Origin: Candidatus Eiseniibacteriota bacterium
Lineage (GTDB): Bacteria > Eisenbacteria > RBG-16-71-46
Assembly (NCBI GenBank): GCA_031370785.1
Contig: JANMQY010000107.1
Location: 1-64,000, forward strand
Direction of reading: 5' to 3'
DNA: 64,000 bases
This document shows, one piece after another, positions 47,425 through 57,464 of the stretch (its first letter is position 1; each line of letters starts with the position of its first letter). The notes under the pieces are model-generated. The model saw nothing but the letters and a program-made list of their open reading frames with translations, was not told the origin of the DNA and did not search any database. A program made the translations under genes and the position numbers.

Positions 47425-49710
47425 CTATGAACCTGCCTCCACCCGCGACACGCTCATCTCAAAGATGATGCCCTTCAGGATGTCGGGAGCCACCGGCTTC
47501 ACGAGGTGAGCATCGAATCCCGCTTCGGTGGCGCGCTGCCGGTCTTCGCTGTTCCCCCATCCCGTCAGTGCGATCAGGAACATCCCTCGGCCCCAGGGCT
47601 GCGTGCGAATCTGGCGAGCGACTTCGTAGCCATTCATCCTGGGCATTCCGATGTCGAGCAGCACGAGCGCAGGCAGCAGCCGCTCGGCGGCCGCGAGCGC
47701 CGTTTCACCGTCGTAGGCGACTTCGACCTCATGGCCCTCGATCCGCAGGAGCATGGCAAGGCTGTCCGCCGCATCGCGAAGGTCATCCGCGATCAGGATT
47801 CGCGGCTTCGCGGCGACTTCCTTCGCGGCACGGTCGTGGATGAGTTCGTGGCCTCGAACCGGGTCGTCGGAAACGCCGAGCGGAAGGCGAACGGTGAACT
47901 GGCTGCCGCGTCCCAGCCCCTCGCTGTACACCCCGATGCTCCCGTCGTGAAGCTCGATCAGTGCCCTGGCCAGTGAAAGGCCGATCCCAAGTCCGCTCTG
48001 CGACTCCTCGAGGGATACCGCTCCCTGCGAAAACATCTCGAAGAGCCCCGGCAGCATCTCGGGCGCGATGCCTGCTCCGTTGTCGGTAACGGTCAAGAGG
48101 AGCGACCCTACCTCCCGCTCCGCGACCAGCGAGATCCGGCCACCGCTCTTCGTATACCTGGCGGCGTTGTTGAGCAGGTTGGAGAGAACCTGCGAGAGTC
48201 GGATCGGGTCGGCCTCGAGGCGGATGGGTTCGGCGGGGAGCGAAACCGTCAGTTGATGATCACCCGCCTCGATGTGCGGCCGGCTGGTCTCGACGGCGCT
48301 CTCGACGACCCCTGCCAGATCCACCAGCTCCTTTCGGAGCAGGAGCTTGTTCGCGGAGATACGGGAGGCATCCAGAAGATCGTCGACGAGCCGGGTCATG
48401 TGGTGAAGCTGCCGGTCGATGATCTCTCGGGTCCGGATCCAGTCCGCCGGCGTGGCTCCTTCGGATTTCTGAACCTCGATCGCGTTGCGCACCGGGGCGA
48501 GTGGGTTCCGGAGTTCGTGCGAGAGGGTCGCCAGAAACACATCCTTGCGCCGGTCGGCCTCTTTCAGCGCTTCTTCCGCCCGTTTCCGCTCGGTGATGTC
48601 GATTCCAAGCCCATGCAGCATGCGCGGACTGCCATCGTCCGCGTAGACGGCGCGGCCTCGTCCCTCCATCCACCGCCATTCGCCTGAGGAATGGCGGAAT
48701 CGGAACTCCATGATGTAGTCGGTGCGTGATCGGATCGCAGCCTCGACCGATTTCATCACCTGCGGACGGTCGTCGTCGTGAATGAAAGCAAAGTAGCCCG
48801 CATGGGTGCCCTCGAAGCCTCCTGGTTCCAGGCCGAAGATCTCTTCGAGCTCCCGGCTCCACCACACGGCGTCGGTGGCAAGGTCGCGAGACCACGCGCC
48901 CATCCGCCCTCCGCGCATCGCGAGCGACAGCACGTCGCGGCTCTCCTGCAACGACGCTTCGGTCCGCAAATGCTCCGTGACATCCCGCGTCAAGCAGCGC
49001 GTATGGATGAATCGGCCTTTTTCCCACAGGACGTTGGAGTTGATCAGCACGTGCCTGATCGAGCCATCCTTGCATCGCAGCCGCGCTGGGTATTCGTGCA
49101 GGGCCTCGCCGCGCGTCAGGCGGGCAAGGATGTTTTCGATCACAGGCGGATCGACATGAAACTCCGCGATATTGCGGCCGAGGTACTCTTCACGCTGATA
49201 GCCGAGCAGATCCAGCTCGGTCCGATTCACCCTCAGAATGGTTCCATCGGGGCCGACCCAGTGCAGCCCGACTGCGACGTTCTCGAAGAAGTCGCGGAAC
49301 TCCTCTTCGCTGCGCCGCAGAGCCTGCTCCGAGCGATGCAGCAGTTCGAACTGCTCTCTTGCCCGGCGTTGAGCAGCCCGCATTCGTTCGGTCAGCGCGA
49401 TGATGATCCCGCAGGTGAGAAGAAAAAGAACCAGATCCAGGTAGATGGGAGGATGACTGAAGGTGCCACGTGGTTCGATGAAGAAGTAGTCCGCCGCCAA
49501 AAAGCAGAGACCTGTGGCGACGAGCGCGGGACCGTAACCGCCGAAGAATGCTGCGACTGCGACGGCAGCGAAGAGCGTGACGAACGGAAGGGTATTGCCG
49601 AGCCACGGGTCGAGGAGCCAGCGGAGCATTGCAGCAATCGCCGTGGCCAGGACGGCCACGACATAGCCTGCGATTGCGTTGGAGCTCCACCTGGCGTCTG
49701 GAGTGGTCAC
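47425..49710 (-). CDS. Hybrid histidine kinase (DUF4118 membrane domain-PAS-PAS-HisKA-HATPase-REC)
   Basis: FLATLSHELRNPL, NLLNNAARY, DNGAGI, GLGIGL, REC IADD...LLDIGMP...KP; start approximate. Confidence 0.9.
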   Translation of the reverse strand: MTTPDARWSSNAIAGYVVAVLATAIAAMLRWLLDPWLGNTLPFVTLFAAVAVAAFFGGYGPALVATGLCFLAADYFFIEPRGTFSHPPIYLDLVLFLLTCGIIIALTERMRAAQRRAREQFELLHRSEQALRRSEEEFRDFFENVAVGLHWVGPDGTILRVNRTELDLLGYQREEYLGRNIAEFHVDPPVIENILARLTRGEALHEYPARLRCKDGSIRHVLINSNVLWEKGRFIHTRCLTRDVTEHLRTEASLQESRDVLSLAMRGGRMGAWSRDLATDAVWWSRELEEIFGLEPGGFEGTHAGYFAFIHDDDRPQVMKSVEAAIRSRTDYIMEFRFRHSSGEWRWMEGRGRAVYADDGSPRMLHGLGIDITERKRAEEALKEADRRKDVFLATLSHELRNPLAPVRNAIEVQKSEGATPADWIRTREIIDRQLHHMTRLVDDLLDASRISANKLLLRKELVDLAGVVESAVETSRPHIEAGDHQLTVSLPAEPIRLEADPIRLSQVLSNLLNNAARYTKSGGRISLVAEREVGSLLLTVTDNGAGIAPEMLPGLFEMFSQGAVSLEESQSGLGIGLSLARALIELHDGSIGVYSEGLGRGSQFTVRLPLGVSDDPVRGHELIHDRAAKEVAAKPRILIADDLRDAADSLAMLLRIEGHEVEVAYDGETALAAAERLLPALVLLDIGMPRMNGYEVARQIRTQPWGRGMFLIALTGWGNSEDRQRATEAGFDAHLVKPVAPDILKGIIFEMSVSRVEAGS

Positions 49711-49876
49711 AGGATTCCTTCGATTCACTGAATGATTGCGTTGGGTTGGGTCGGACGGACCTGCCCAGGCGGCCGAGGCACAAGGTTGCGGCGGAAAGCG
49801 TAGAGCACCCGGCTCACGGAAGATAGAAGCAAGGCATCGTTCCTGCGTCGGGGCCACAGGGAGTGGGCTGCCGTGG

Positions 49877-50002
49877 TGCCACATCGCGACCGAGCCTCAC
49901 ATCGCGCGCGCTACAGATCTCGCCCATGCCGCCCGCACCCAGCGGCGCCAGGATCTCAAAATGCGAGATGAGCTTTCCGATCCGTGGGTTCGAGGAGGTC
50001 AA
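49877..50002 (-). pseudogene. N-terminal remnant of Ser/Thr protein kinase
   Basis: IGKLISHFEILAPLGAGGMGEICSARDVRLGRDVA, ending just before the catalytic Lys. Confidence 0.7.
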
Positions 50003-50150
50003 CGGCGGCCCCGGGGAGTCGGTTCCGGGCGGGAGCCCTAGCTAAGAGACGGTTTCACGCTACAGCTGATGACAGGATGCGCTCGTCGGGTTTCACCAGC
50101 AGCACGCAGTTGATGCGCATTCTTCGGTCGAGGGACAGAAAACTGAGGAT

Positions 50151-50225
50151 TGGAGGCGGCACCCGGATTCGAACCGGGGAATAAGGGATTTGCAGTCCCT
50201 CGCCTTACCACTTGGCCATGCCGCC
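50151..50225 (-). tRNA. tRNA-Cys(GCA)
   Basis: GGCGGCATGGCCAAGTGGTAAGGCGAGGGACTGCAAATCCCTTATTCCCCGGTTCGAATCCGGGTGCCGCCTCCA: cloverleaf, anticodon GCA, U73 discriminator, encoded CCA. Confidence 0.97.
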
Positions 50226-50245
50226 TCACGCGTTGTCGGCCGGCG

Positions 50246-50275
50246 AGACTATCACCCGGTGCGCGCGCGCGGCAA
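50246..50275 (-). promoter_or_regulatory. tRNA-Cys promoter
   Basis: TTGCCG-18 bp-TAGTCT with TGn extension. Confidence 0.55.
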
Positions 50276-50649
50276 GATCTCGACGGCTTTCGGCCGGAAT
50301 GCGTACCTTCGCTGGGCGAGAGAGGCACGGACCGACAGAAGATTCTCATGTCCCAACGACATCGCCCGGGCGAGACCGGCTCATCGCGGGTCGACGTGTC
50401 GCGCTTGCCTGTGGCTTGCGCCAGTTGGCAAGCTTCCTCTTTGGTTACAGCGCGATGACATACACTTCGATCGCGGCGCGGCGCCATGCCGGAGTGACGG
50501 TCTCGACGGACCGGTCCACTCGACCGGCGCGGGGAAAACTACCATCGCCGCCGCGCGATCACGAGCGTGAAGCGGACGCCATGCGGCGAGCGCGGTTGTT
50601 ACAGGTCCTTGCATGCCTCGCGGCCGCCCTGCGTGGCTGCTCCCTCGCC

Positions 50650-51471
50650 TTACGCGCCCGTCAGCAGGCGCATGGTATCCACGATCGCGCGCGGATCGTT
50701 GGTCACGCCGTTCGGAAGTCCCGAGTGCGACGTGTCCCGGTAGGCGACGTATTCGTGGTAGCGCGGCCTGAGCGCGGGCTCGAAGTCCGGCGGATCGCCG
50801 AATGAAGCGCTGTCGTGCGTCACTTCGAGCACCCCGTCGTAGTTGTCCGCGCCGCGCGCGTAGAACGCCTCGAGTTTGCGAAGGAAATCGTTGCGCGCAT
50901 TCCACACCGCGCTGATTCGCTTGGAGTCCTTCTCCATCGCGCCGAGCTGCAGTAGAACCCATGGATCCTTGCGGGTCTTCTTCACGAAATCCTGAAAGAC
51001 CTTGCTCCTCGCAGAGCCAAACCCGCGGAACGGAGTATCGAACGTGATCACGGTGCGCGCATTGGTCAGCACCGGCGTCGTCAGAGCCGGCTCGGTCCCG
51101 ATCAGCGTGAGCGCGGCGAACACGTCCAGACCTCCCATGCTGTGGCAGACGAAGTCGACGGGCTGCCCGGTCGCGTCGGTGTCCGCATGAACCATCTGCG
51201 CGACATCGTCGGCGAAGTCGAGGAAGTCCTCCCACTGCGGCGGATCGGCGCTGCCGACCGCATGGAACTGGAGGAAGTGCGCATGGGTCGTCGCGTTCGC
51301 GCACACGGCGCGGACCCAGGCTTCCATGCGCGTCCAGCACGCGCCATCCTCGTCGCGCCACCCGGGCACGAAATAGGTCGGGCGTTGGAGGGTGAGCGGG
51401 TTCGCGATCCAGGCGGTGAGCTGCTTCACGGCAGTGGTCTGGTCAGCGATCGTCTTGGCCGAGACAGCCAT
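50650..51471 (-). CDS. Alpha/beta hydrolase (lipase/esterase-like)
   Basis: FVPGW oxyanion, CHSMGG nucleophile elbow, FDTPFRG, YDGV Asp, SHSG His. Confidence 0.8.
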   Translation of the reverse strand: MAVSAKTIADQTTAVKQLTAWIANPLTLQRPTYFVPGWRDEDGACWTRMEAWVRAVCANATTHAHFLQFHAVGSADPPQWEDFLDFADDVAQMVHADTDATGQPVDFVCHSMGGLDVFAALTLIGTEPALTTPVLTNARTVITFDTPFRGFGSARSKVFQDFVKKTRKDPWVLLQLGAMEKDSKRISAVWNARNDFLRKLEAFYARGADNYDGVLEVTHDSASFGDPPDFEPALRPRYHEYVAYRDTSHSGLPNGVTNDPRAIVDTMRLLTGA

Positions 51472-51477
51472 GGGACC

Positions 51478-52383
51478 TCACCAGGGTGTGTTGAAACGCA
51501 GGCCCGCCTGCGCTGCCAGCCGGGCAATGTCGCGCGAGTCGAGCGGAAACTCGTAACCGAGATGCGCGAACCAGTTCCATTGCACGCTCGAAGGAGGCTT
51601 CTCTCCGGGGCCCGGTGGCATGAGCGGATCGCGGGCCCCACCGGACACCGGGCGCGACCGCGTGGACCAGCCGAGCTGAAACAGCCCAGTGGACACAGGC
51701 AATCGCTGCGATGACAGATCCGATCGCACCGAGAGTGCGATCTCCGCTTGTGAGCCGACCACGACCGCGTGCTGGATCGCGAACCCGATCGCAGGAGAGA
51801 CGATCGCCTGCCCGGTTCGCGGCCATCGCGACCGAATCCACGGCCATACCCGCAGCGCGATGTCGGTGCTGGTGTGCGTGAGAGTCCATCGCAACGGTGC
51901 ACCTTCCGCTTCGAGATCGAAACCCTGGCGCTCGCCGTGGCCGAAGCCGGCGGCCCCGAGCAGCGACACACGCGCTTCGGGCAGATGGACTCCCAGTCCC
52001 AGGCGCTGGGGATACTCGCGAGGGTCTGCGTCGTTCCGGCCGTCGTTGATCGCTTCAGCGAGAGCGGTCCAGCGACGCCGCGTGGCCAGGATCTCGGCGC
52101 GTCCACCGGGGCCACGGCCGAGATCGTGGAACGGATTCGGCGTGCCCGCGCTCGAGCCGCCGATGAACTCGCCGCCCTCGAAATACGCCTCGAAATAGGA
52201 TCGGGCGAGAATGCCGGGGAGTTCGGCCGGAGATCTCGGGAAGTCCTCGGTCATGAGCGGCCGCGACAGCGCGGGGATTTCGGCGCGCCCTGTCGCCGGA
52301 GACAGCAGGAGCATCAGCCCGGCCAGGATGATGCGCGAGACGCGGTTGGCATGGCGGCGCCCGACATTGCGAGGGAATCTCAT
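51478..52383 (-). CDS. Hypothetical exported protein, possibly outer-membrane beta-strand protein
   Basis: Signal peptide, C-terminal AQAGLRFNTPW; lies between ferritin-like and hydrolase genes. Confidence 0.55.
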   Translation of the reverse strand: MRFPRNVGRRHANRVSRIILAGLMLLLSPATGRAEIPALSRPLMTEDFPRSPAELPGILARSYFEAYFEGGEFIGGSSAGTPNPFHDLGRGPGGRAEILATRRRWTALAEAINDGRNDADPREYPQRLGLGVHLPEARVSLLGAAGFGHGERQGFDLEAEGAPLRWTLTHTSTDIALRVWPWIRSRWPRTGQAIVSPAIGFAIQHAVVVGSQAEIALSVRSDLSSQRLPVSTGLFQLGWSTRSRPVSGGARDPLMPPGPGEKPPSSVQWNWFAHLGYEFPLDSRDIARLAAQAGLRFNTPW

Positions 52384-52406
52384 GCGGCCCTCTTCAACAC
52401 CCGCGA

Positions 52407-52877
52407 CTACCCCTTGGACGCGTCCGGAACTTCGATCCCGAGCGCGGTCGCGAGATCGATCTGGTGCTCCTGCTCCTGCACGAGGATCTGCCGGATCTGC
52501 TCGGCCATCGCATACTCCTCGAGCTCTTCGCACTGGCGCACGCGCTCCCGATAGTTGCGAATAGTCTCGGTCTCGTTGTCGAGGTCGAAGTGAAGCATCT
52601 TCTTCGCATCCTCCGAAACCTTGACCGGCTTCGGGTGCACCGCCGGCATTCCACCGAGATAGTCGATCTGCTTGGCGAGGATCAGCGCGTGCTGCAGCTC
52701 CTCTCCCGCATGCACCTCGAGCTCGGCCGCGATGTTCATGTACGCTGCGCCCTTGAGCACCTGCGAGTAGACGACGTAGGCAATGATCGCCTGATATTCG
52801 CGCGCGAGATCCTCGTTCAGCGAATCGACCAGCTGCTTTCGAGTCAACTTTGCCGAACCACTCTTCTTCGCCGCCAT
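52407..52877 (-). CDS. Ferritin-like/bacterioferritin family protein
   Basis: LNEDLAREYQAIIAY, EELQHA, ETETIRNY, EQEH diiron ligands. Confidence 0.88.
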   Translation of the reverse strand: MAAKKSGSAKLTRKQLVDSLNEDLAREYQAIIAYVVYSQVLKGAAYMNIAAELEVHAGEELQHALILAKQIDYLGGMPAVHPKPVKVSEDAKKMLHFDLDNETETIRNYRERVRQCEELEEYAMAEQIRQILVQEQEHQIDLATALGIEVPDASKG

Positions 52878-53116
52878 CGGGTGCCCTTCCTCGTTCGTGT
52901 TTGGGTGCATGAGACGCAACTGCGACGATCGCGATCTGGCGGGATACTAGAACTTCGCGCGGACGCACGCGAGACGCACGCCGACCCGCGGTGATTGCCT
53001 CGAGCGCCCGCGTCCGCCCGCCTCCGCTTGGCCAATCGCGAGACCGGCTCTAGGATTTGCGCGGGTGTTCGCCGACCCACCGGAGACTTCACTTGCGCCG
53101 AACTGCCGCACTCATC

Positions 53117-54658
53117 ATGGCCGTCGCTGTCGCGCTGTCGTGCGCGTCGCAGGCGCGCACGCGCGTACCGCGTGAGCTCTGGCTCTACCAGGGCGCCAAT
53201 CTCGCGGACAGTGTCTCGGTGGCGCGCGCCGAGTCGGTGTGGCGCCGCGCCTCCGCCGCCGGCTGCGCGAAAGTGGTGCTGGTCGATCCCAAGTTCGCGC
53301 GCCTCGCGGAGCAGGATCCGGCGTATTTCGATCGCGTGCGCCGGTTGCGCGCGCTTGCCGCCGAGTTGCACCTCGAGATCGTCCCCGGGGTCTGCCTCGT
53401 GGGCCGCGGCAATGGCGCCATGCTGGCGATGGACCCGAACCTCGCGGAGTCGCTGCCGGTGCGCGATGCGGCGTTCGAGGTCCGCGGCGGCATCGCACGC
53501 ATCGTCCCCGATCCGCCGGTGGCCCTCGCCGCCCGACCCGATCGCGTCGACGCCGGAGTGCAGCTGAGCGAGGGCGACGCGGTGATTCCCTCCGACTCCA
53601 GGTCGCGCGTCGCGTTCGAGGTCGACGTCGCACCGTACCGCTGCTATCACGTTTCGGTCCGGCTGCGTGGCGAGGGATTTCGCGGCGAGCCGCGCCTGCG
53701 CGTGACCGGTGGCGGGCGCGAGCTGGCGTTCGCGAGCATCGCGGCACCCACCGGCAGCAAGGAAGAGACGCGCGACGCGGTCTTCAATTCGCTCGAGAAC
53801 CGGCACGTCACCGTGTCCTTCTCGGTCGCGCGCGGGGCCAGCAGCACGCTTCACTGGTCAGGCTGGCGGATCGACGAGGCGGGGCCCGTCAATGTGGTGC
53901 GACGACCCGGCATGGCATTCTCGTTCGATGGGCTGGCCGAGGGACACGCCTTCGATCCGGTTCAGGATCCCCTTCTCGGCAACGTCCCCTGGAAGGGCCA
54001 GTTCGATGTCTGGCACGAGCCGCCGGCCATCCACGTGCGTCGGCCCGACGGCACGAAGCTTCGAGCGTCGTGGTATCACGCCGCGGTGCTGCTGCGCGGG
54101 CAGGTGGCGTGCTGCCTGTCGGACACTGCGGTGCTTGCACGACAGCGGGCCGAGATCATGCGGGTGCGCGAGCTGTTCGGCGCGCGCACCCTGCTTCTCA
54201 TGCACGACGAAATTCGTGCGATCGGCTGGGACGCGTCCTGCCAGGCCGGCGGGAAGAGCGCAGGCGCGATTCTCGCCGCAAACGTCCGCGCGTGCCGTGC
54301 ATTCGCCGGCGATGCGGCGGTGTGCGTGTGGAACGATATGTTCGATCCGCAGCACAACGCCGTGCCCGGCTACTACCTCGCCCGCGGCGATCTCGCCGGC
54401 TCGTGGGAGGGGCTCGATCGCGACGTGGTCGTGGTCAACTGGAATCCCGATCGCCTCGATGCCTCGCTGAAATTCTTCGCGGGCCGTGGGCATCGCCAGG
54501 TGTATGCGGGCTACTACGACGGAAACGTCGAGGACATCCACGGCGTGCTGCCGCGGCTCGATGCGGTCGAGGGCGTCACGGCGGTGATGTACACGACATG
54601 GCGGGAGCGCTACGACGACCTCGAGCGCTTCGCCGCCATCTGCCGCGGCGAGCGGTAG
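53117..54658 (+). CDS. Secreted glycoside hydrolase, GH20-like TIM barrel with CBM-like insert
   Basis: MHDEIR catalytic pair, VWNDMFDP, VVNW, MYTTW; start uncertain (53057-53117). Confidence 0.65.
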   Translation: MAVAVALSCASQARTRVPRELWLYQGANLADSVSVARAESVWRRASAAGCAKVVLVDPKFARLAEQDPAYFDRVRRLRALAAELHLEIVPGVCLVGRGNGAMLAMDPNLAESLPVRDAAFEVRGGIARIVPDPPVALAARPDRVDAGVQLSEGDAVIPSDSRSRVAFEVDVAPYRCYHVSVRLRGEGFRGEPRLRVTGGGRELAFASIAAPTGSKEETRDAVFNSLENRHVTVSFSVARGASSTLHWSGWRIDEAGPVNVVRRPGMAFSFDGLAEGHAFDPVQDPLLGNVPWKGQFDVWHEPPAIHVRRPDGTKLRASWYHAAVLLRGQVACCLSDTAVLARQRAEIMRVRELFGARTLLLMHDEIRAIGWDASCQAGGKSAGAILAANVRACRAFAGDAAVCVWNDMFDPQHNAVPGYYLARGDLAGSWEGLDRDVVVVNWNPDRLDASLKFFAGRGHRQVYAGYYDGNVEDIHGVLPRLDAVEGVTAVMYTTWRERYDDLERFAAICRGER

Positions 54659-54667
54659 CGGCTGCCA

Positions 54668-54709
54668 AATAGACGAACGGCCGGAGCCTCTGATGGCTCA
54701 GGCCGTTCG
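54668..54709. terminator. Hairpin between convergent genes
   Basis: cgaacggcc-g-gagcc / ggctc-a-ggccgttcg stem. Confidence 0.55.
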
Positions 54710-54738
54710 CATGCCGTTGCGCATCGGTGCTGCAACGC

Positions 54739-56238
54739 TCAGGGCAGCAGGACCAGCCGCCCGCGGGCGACGTTGCCGCCGCCGATCGCACGGTAGTAGT
54801 AGGTGCCGGCCTTCACCTTCGCGCCGCGGATGTCGAAGATGTCCCAACGGGCGACGATCGTCCCCGATACCGCGACATCACGCACCGGCTCGGCGACCAG
54901 CCTGCCGGTCGCATCGTAGATCTGCAGCCGGACGTTCATCGGTGCCTCACTGCTCACGCTGAAATCGACCCCCGCAGGGTCATTCAGCCGCGCCGGGTTC
55001 GCGCGAAGGGTGACGACTCGCAGCGCGTCGCGCTTGTGCTTACCCTTGCCATTGTGATCGCCACCTCGCAGCGGTCGCAGGGTTCCCATGAGCCCGTGTT
55101 CCTCATCGTCGATGCCCGCCGCGAAGTAGAGGGTGGGACGTCCTTCGGAATCCGGCGCACCGCTTTGTCCAAGGACACCGAGCACGCCTTGATCGCCATG
55201 GCCACCGTCATCGCCGTTGTCGTCGTCATCGTCGTCATCGCCGTGCTCACCGTCCTCGTCGTCGCCGTTCTCTCCCGATCCCTTCGAGAACGCCAGGCCC
55301 CACAGGCCCTCGATCTCGATCGGGAATCCGTTCGCGTCTTCGACTGTTCCGAGAAAGTTGCCCGACGTCGCGGAGTAGGCATTGATCCGGCCATCGCCGA
55401 AGTTCCCTACGAGCAGGGCGTTTCCGAAGTCTCCGAAGCCTCCGGGCGCGATCACCATCCCCCACGGCGCGTTCAGGGCGCCGCCGGAGATCGCCCGGTG
55501 CAGGAAATGACCCTCCGTGTCGAACACACTGACATAGCCAAATCCAGCCCCAACCTCCTCGTCCTCCCTGTCGACGTCCTGCTTCGCATAGGCGACGTAA
55601 AGCTGCCCGCCGAGATTCGCGATGTTGAACGGCGCGTAGTCATCGGGGAGATCCGGATCTTCGAACGCTCCGGACCAGGACACCGGCGCAAAGTTGCTGT
55701 CAAAAACGTCGATCGTGCCCGCATGGAAATTCGCCGCAAACAGAAACGCCCCCGACTGCTTGTGTCCGAGGGCGAGGCCCATGTAGATCGCGTCCGTTGT
55801 CGCCGCGACCTGGATCGCCGCGTTGGCATCGACCTCGGGACTCCATGCCGAGATCGATCCGTTCTGACTCGCGAAGATGAATCGGCTCTTCGCCGTCACG
55901 CCTGCCACCGAGATCTTGAAGCTCGATTCGGTATCGTTCGCCACGATGCCGGTGGGACTTCCGCTGCCACCCGGCGGAATGACGATATTGGGCGTCTTCG
56001 GAACTCCCCCGGGCGAATACGCAGTCGACAGGCCCGTGAGGTTGTTGGCGACTCTGATCCGGCCGCTCCAGACGGTGATTCCCCAGGGATTGACAAGGCT
56101 CGCGTCGAGATGGGCGCCACGGCCAGCGACATCGGAAACGAGATCTCGCTCTTCGAAGGACTGTCCCGCAGAAGTCTGGGGCGCATTCGCGACTGCGAGC
56201 GTGATCGCAAGCGCCGTCGCTACGAGGGGTCGATTCAT
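54739..56238 (-). CDS. TIGR03118-family secreted protein with C-terminal FlgD-Ig domain
   Basis: LVNPWGI, SPTGIVAN, YAPFNI, LNAPWG, LLVGNFGDGRINAY, GLWGLAF, LYFAAGIDDEEHGL; C-terminal IYDATGRLV...WD...GTYYYR. Confidence 0.85.
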   Translation of the reverse strand: MNRPLVATALAITLAVANAPQTSAGQSFEERDLVSDVAGRGAHLDASLVNPWGITVWSGRIRVANNLTGLSTAYSPGGVPKTPNIVIPPGGSGSPTGIVANDTESSFKISVAGVTAKSRFIFASQNGSISAWSPEVDANAAIQVAATTDAIYMGLALGHKQSGAFLFAANFHAGTIDVFDSNFAPVSWSGAFEDPDLPDDYAPFNIANLGGQLYVAYAKQDVDREDEEVGAGFGYVSVFDTEGHFLHRAISGGALNAPWGMVIAPGGFGDFGNALLVGNFGDGRINAYSATSGNFLGTVEDANGFPIEIEGLWGLAFSKGSGENGDDEDGEHGDDDDDDDNGDDGGHGDQGVLGVLGQSGAPDSEGRPTLYFAAGIDDEEHGLMGTLRPLRGGDHNGKGKHKRDALRVVTLRANPARLNDPAGVDFSVSSEAPMNVRLQIYDATGRLVAEPVRDVAVSGTIVARWDIFDIRGAKVKAGTYYYRAIGGGNVARGRLVLLP

Positions 56239-56429
56239 TTCGCGGTCCTCCGATCCGGGGTGCACAGCGCGGCCGGAACGACCTGGATGGTACTTCTTCC
56301 GCCCGCAATGCGAATGCTCTTTTTGCATTCGACGCGACTATCTCGTCGAGTTGCACAGCGGTAAACGCGGCGGCGTGTGCAACGACTGGATTGCCTCACC
56401 CCGCTGCGGCCCTTGGACTCCCGCGAGGT

Positions 56430-56468
56430 TTCGGCCTCACTCCATCCCGGATCGCGGGTGACGGCGTC
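56430..56468 (+). repeat. Direct repeat copy A (39-bp core)
   Basis: ttcggcctcactccatcccggatcgcgggtgacggcgtc, 37/39 identical to 57426-57464. Confidence 0.85.
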
Positions 56469-56529
56469 CATCGCGGGAACGCTTCGACGACCTCGAGCGA
56501 TTCGCCGCGATCTGTGCGGCGCCGCTGAA

Positions 56530-57339
56530 CTAGCGCTTCAGGAACTCGGTCACCCGCCTGTTGATCAGTTCCGGCTGCTCGAGCATGACGCTGTGCGACG
56601 CCCTGGGAACGATCCAGAGTTTCGAGCCCGGGATCGAACGCGCCAGTTCTTCGGTGTGATCGCGACGCACGACGTCGTGCTCGCCGGCGATCACGAGCAC
56701 GCGCACGCGGATCGAACCCAGCTCGGCCCTGGTGAAATGCGGCTCGTTTCGCCACAGCGCGATCGTCTTTCCCATCGCCACGCGGTAGTGCGAGGGATCC
56801 GGCGCCAGCTCCTCGTACGCCTTACGAGAGCCTTCGCCGAAACTGTCCGCGGTCGCGGTCTGGTTCCACGCGACGTCAGGCGGATTGAGGCCGTCCGGCG
56901 CGAAGTTCGCGCCCAGCGTGACGAGGCGTCTCACCAGATCCGGGTGATGGATCGCAAGGTCGAGCCCGACGACTCCCCCGTCGCTCCAGCCCATGAAGTC
57001 GGCCCGACGCACGCCGAGTTTCGCGAGCAGCTCCGCGACGTCTTCGGCCATCAGGTGATAATCGAGCGGGCCCAGGCCGTCGCTCGTCCGCCCCTGGGCG
57101 CGAAGATCAGGCACGATCACGCGGAAGGACTTCGCAAAGGCAGGGACCTGCTTGTCGAATTGCCTGCCATTGCCGACGCCGCCATGGAGGAGCACCAGTG
57201 CGGGACCCCTGCCATGCAGCTCGACATACATGCGAATGCCGTTGACGTCGAGCATGCGGGTTGTCGTGCCCGGCGAGGCCGCGACGACAACGAGCCCTGC
57301 GATCCAGACCCAGGCGATTCGCTTGATTTCGTAGCTCAC
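56530..57339 (-). CDS. Alpha/beta hydrolase
   Basis: LLHGG, PDLRAQGRT, GWSDGG, GEHD, SHS. Confidence 0.88.
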   Translation of the reverse strand: MSYEIKRIAWVWIAGLVVVAASPGTTTRMLDVNGIRMYVELHGRGPALVLLHGGVGNGRQFDKQVPAFAKSFRVIVPDLRAQGRTSDGLGPLDYHLMAEDVAELLAKLGVRRADFMGWSDGGVVGLDLAIHHPDLVRRLVTLGANFAPDGLNPPDVAWNQTATADSFGEGSRKAYEELAPDPSHYRVAMGKTIALWRNEPHFTRAELGSIRVRVLVIAGEHDVVRRDHTEELARSIPGSKLWIVPRASHSVMLEQPELINRRVTEFLKR

Positions 57340-57425
57340 CGCGAAACTCCCTGCTTGCGTCCGCACCGCGACTCGCAGAACGGGATTGCCCGCCCCTGTC
57401 GCCGCGCTTAGACTCCGCGCAGTGC

Positions 57426-57464
57426 TTCGACCTCACTCCATCCCGGACCGCGGGTGACGGCGTC
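57426..57464 (+). repeat. Direct repeat copy B (39-bp core)
   Basis: ttcgacctcactccatcccggaccgcgggtgacggcgtc. Confidence 0.85.

Noticed and set aside
50040..50150. Hammerhead-like CTGATGA downstream of tRNA
   Set aside because: No stem II followed by GAAA in the right position
56430..57464. CRISPR array or integron attC sites
   Set aside because: Only two copies ~1 kb apart, no cas or intI, and no RYYYAAC/GTTRRRY ends
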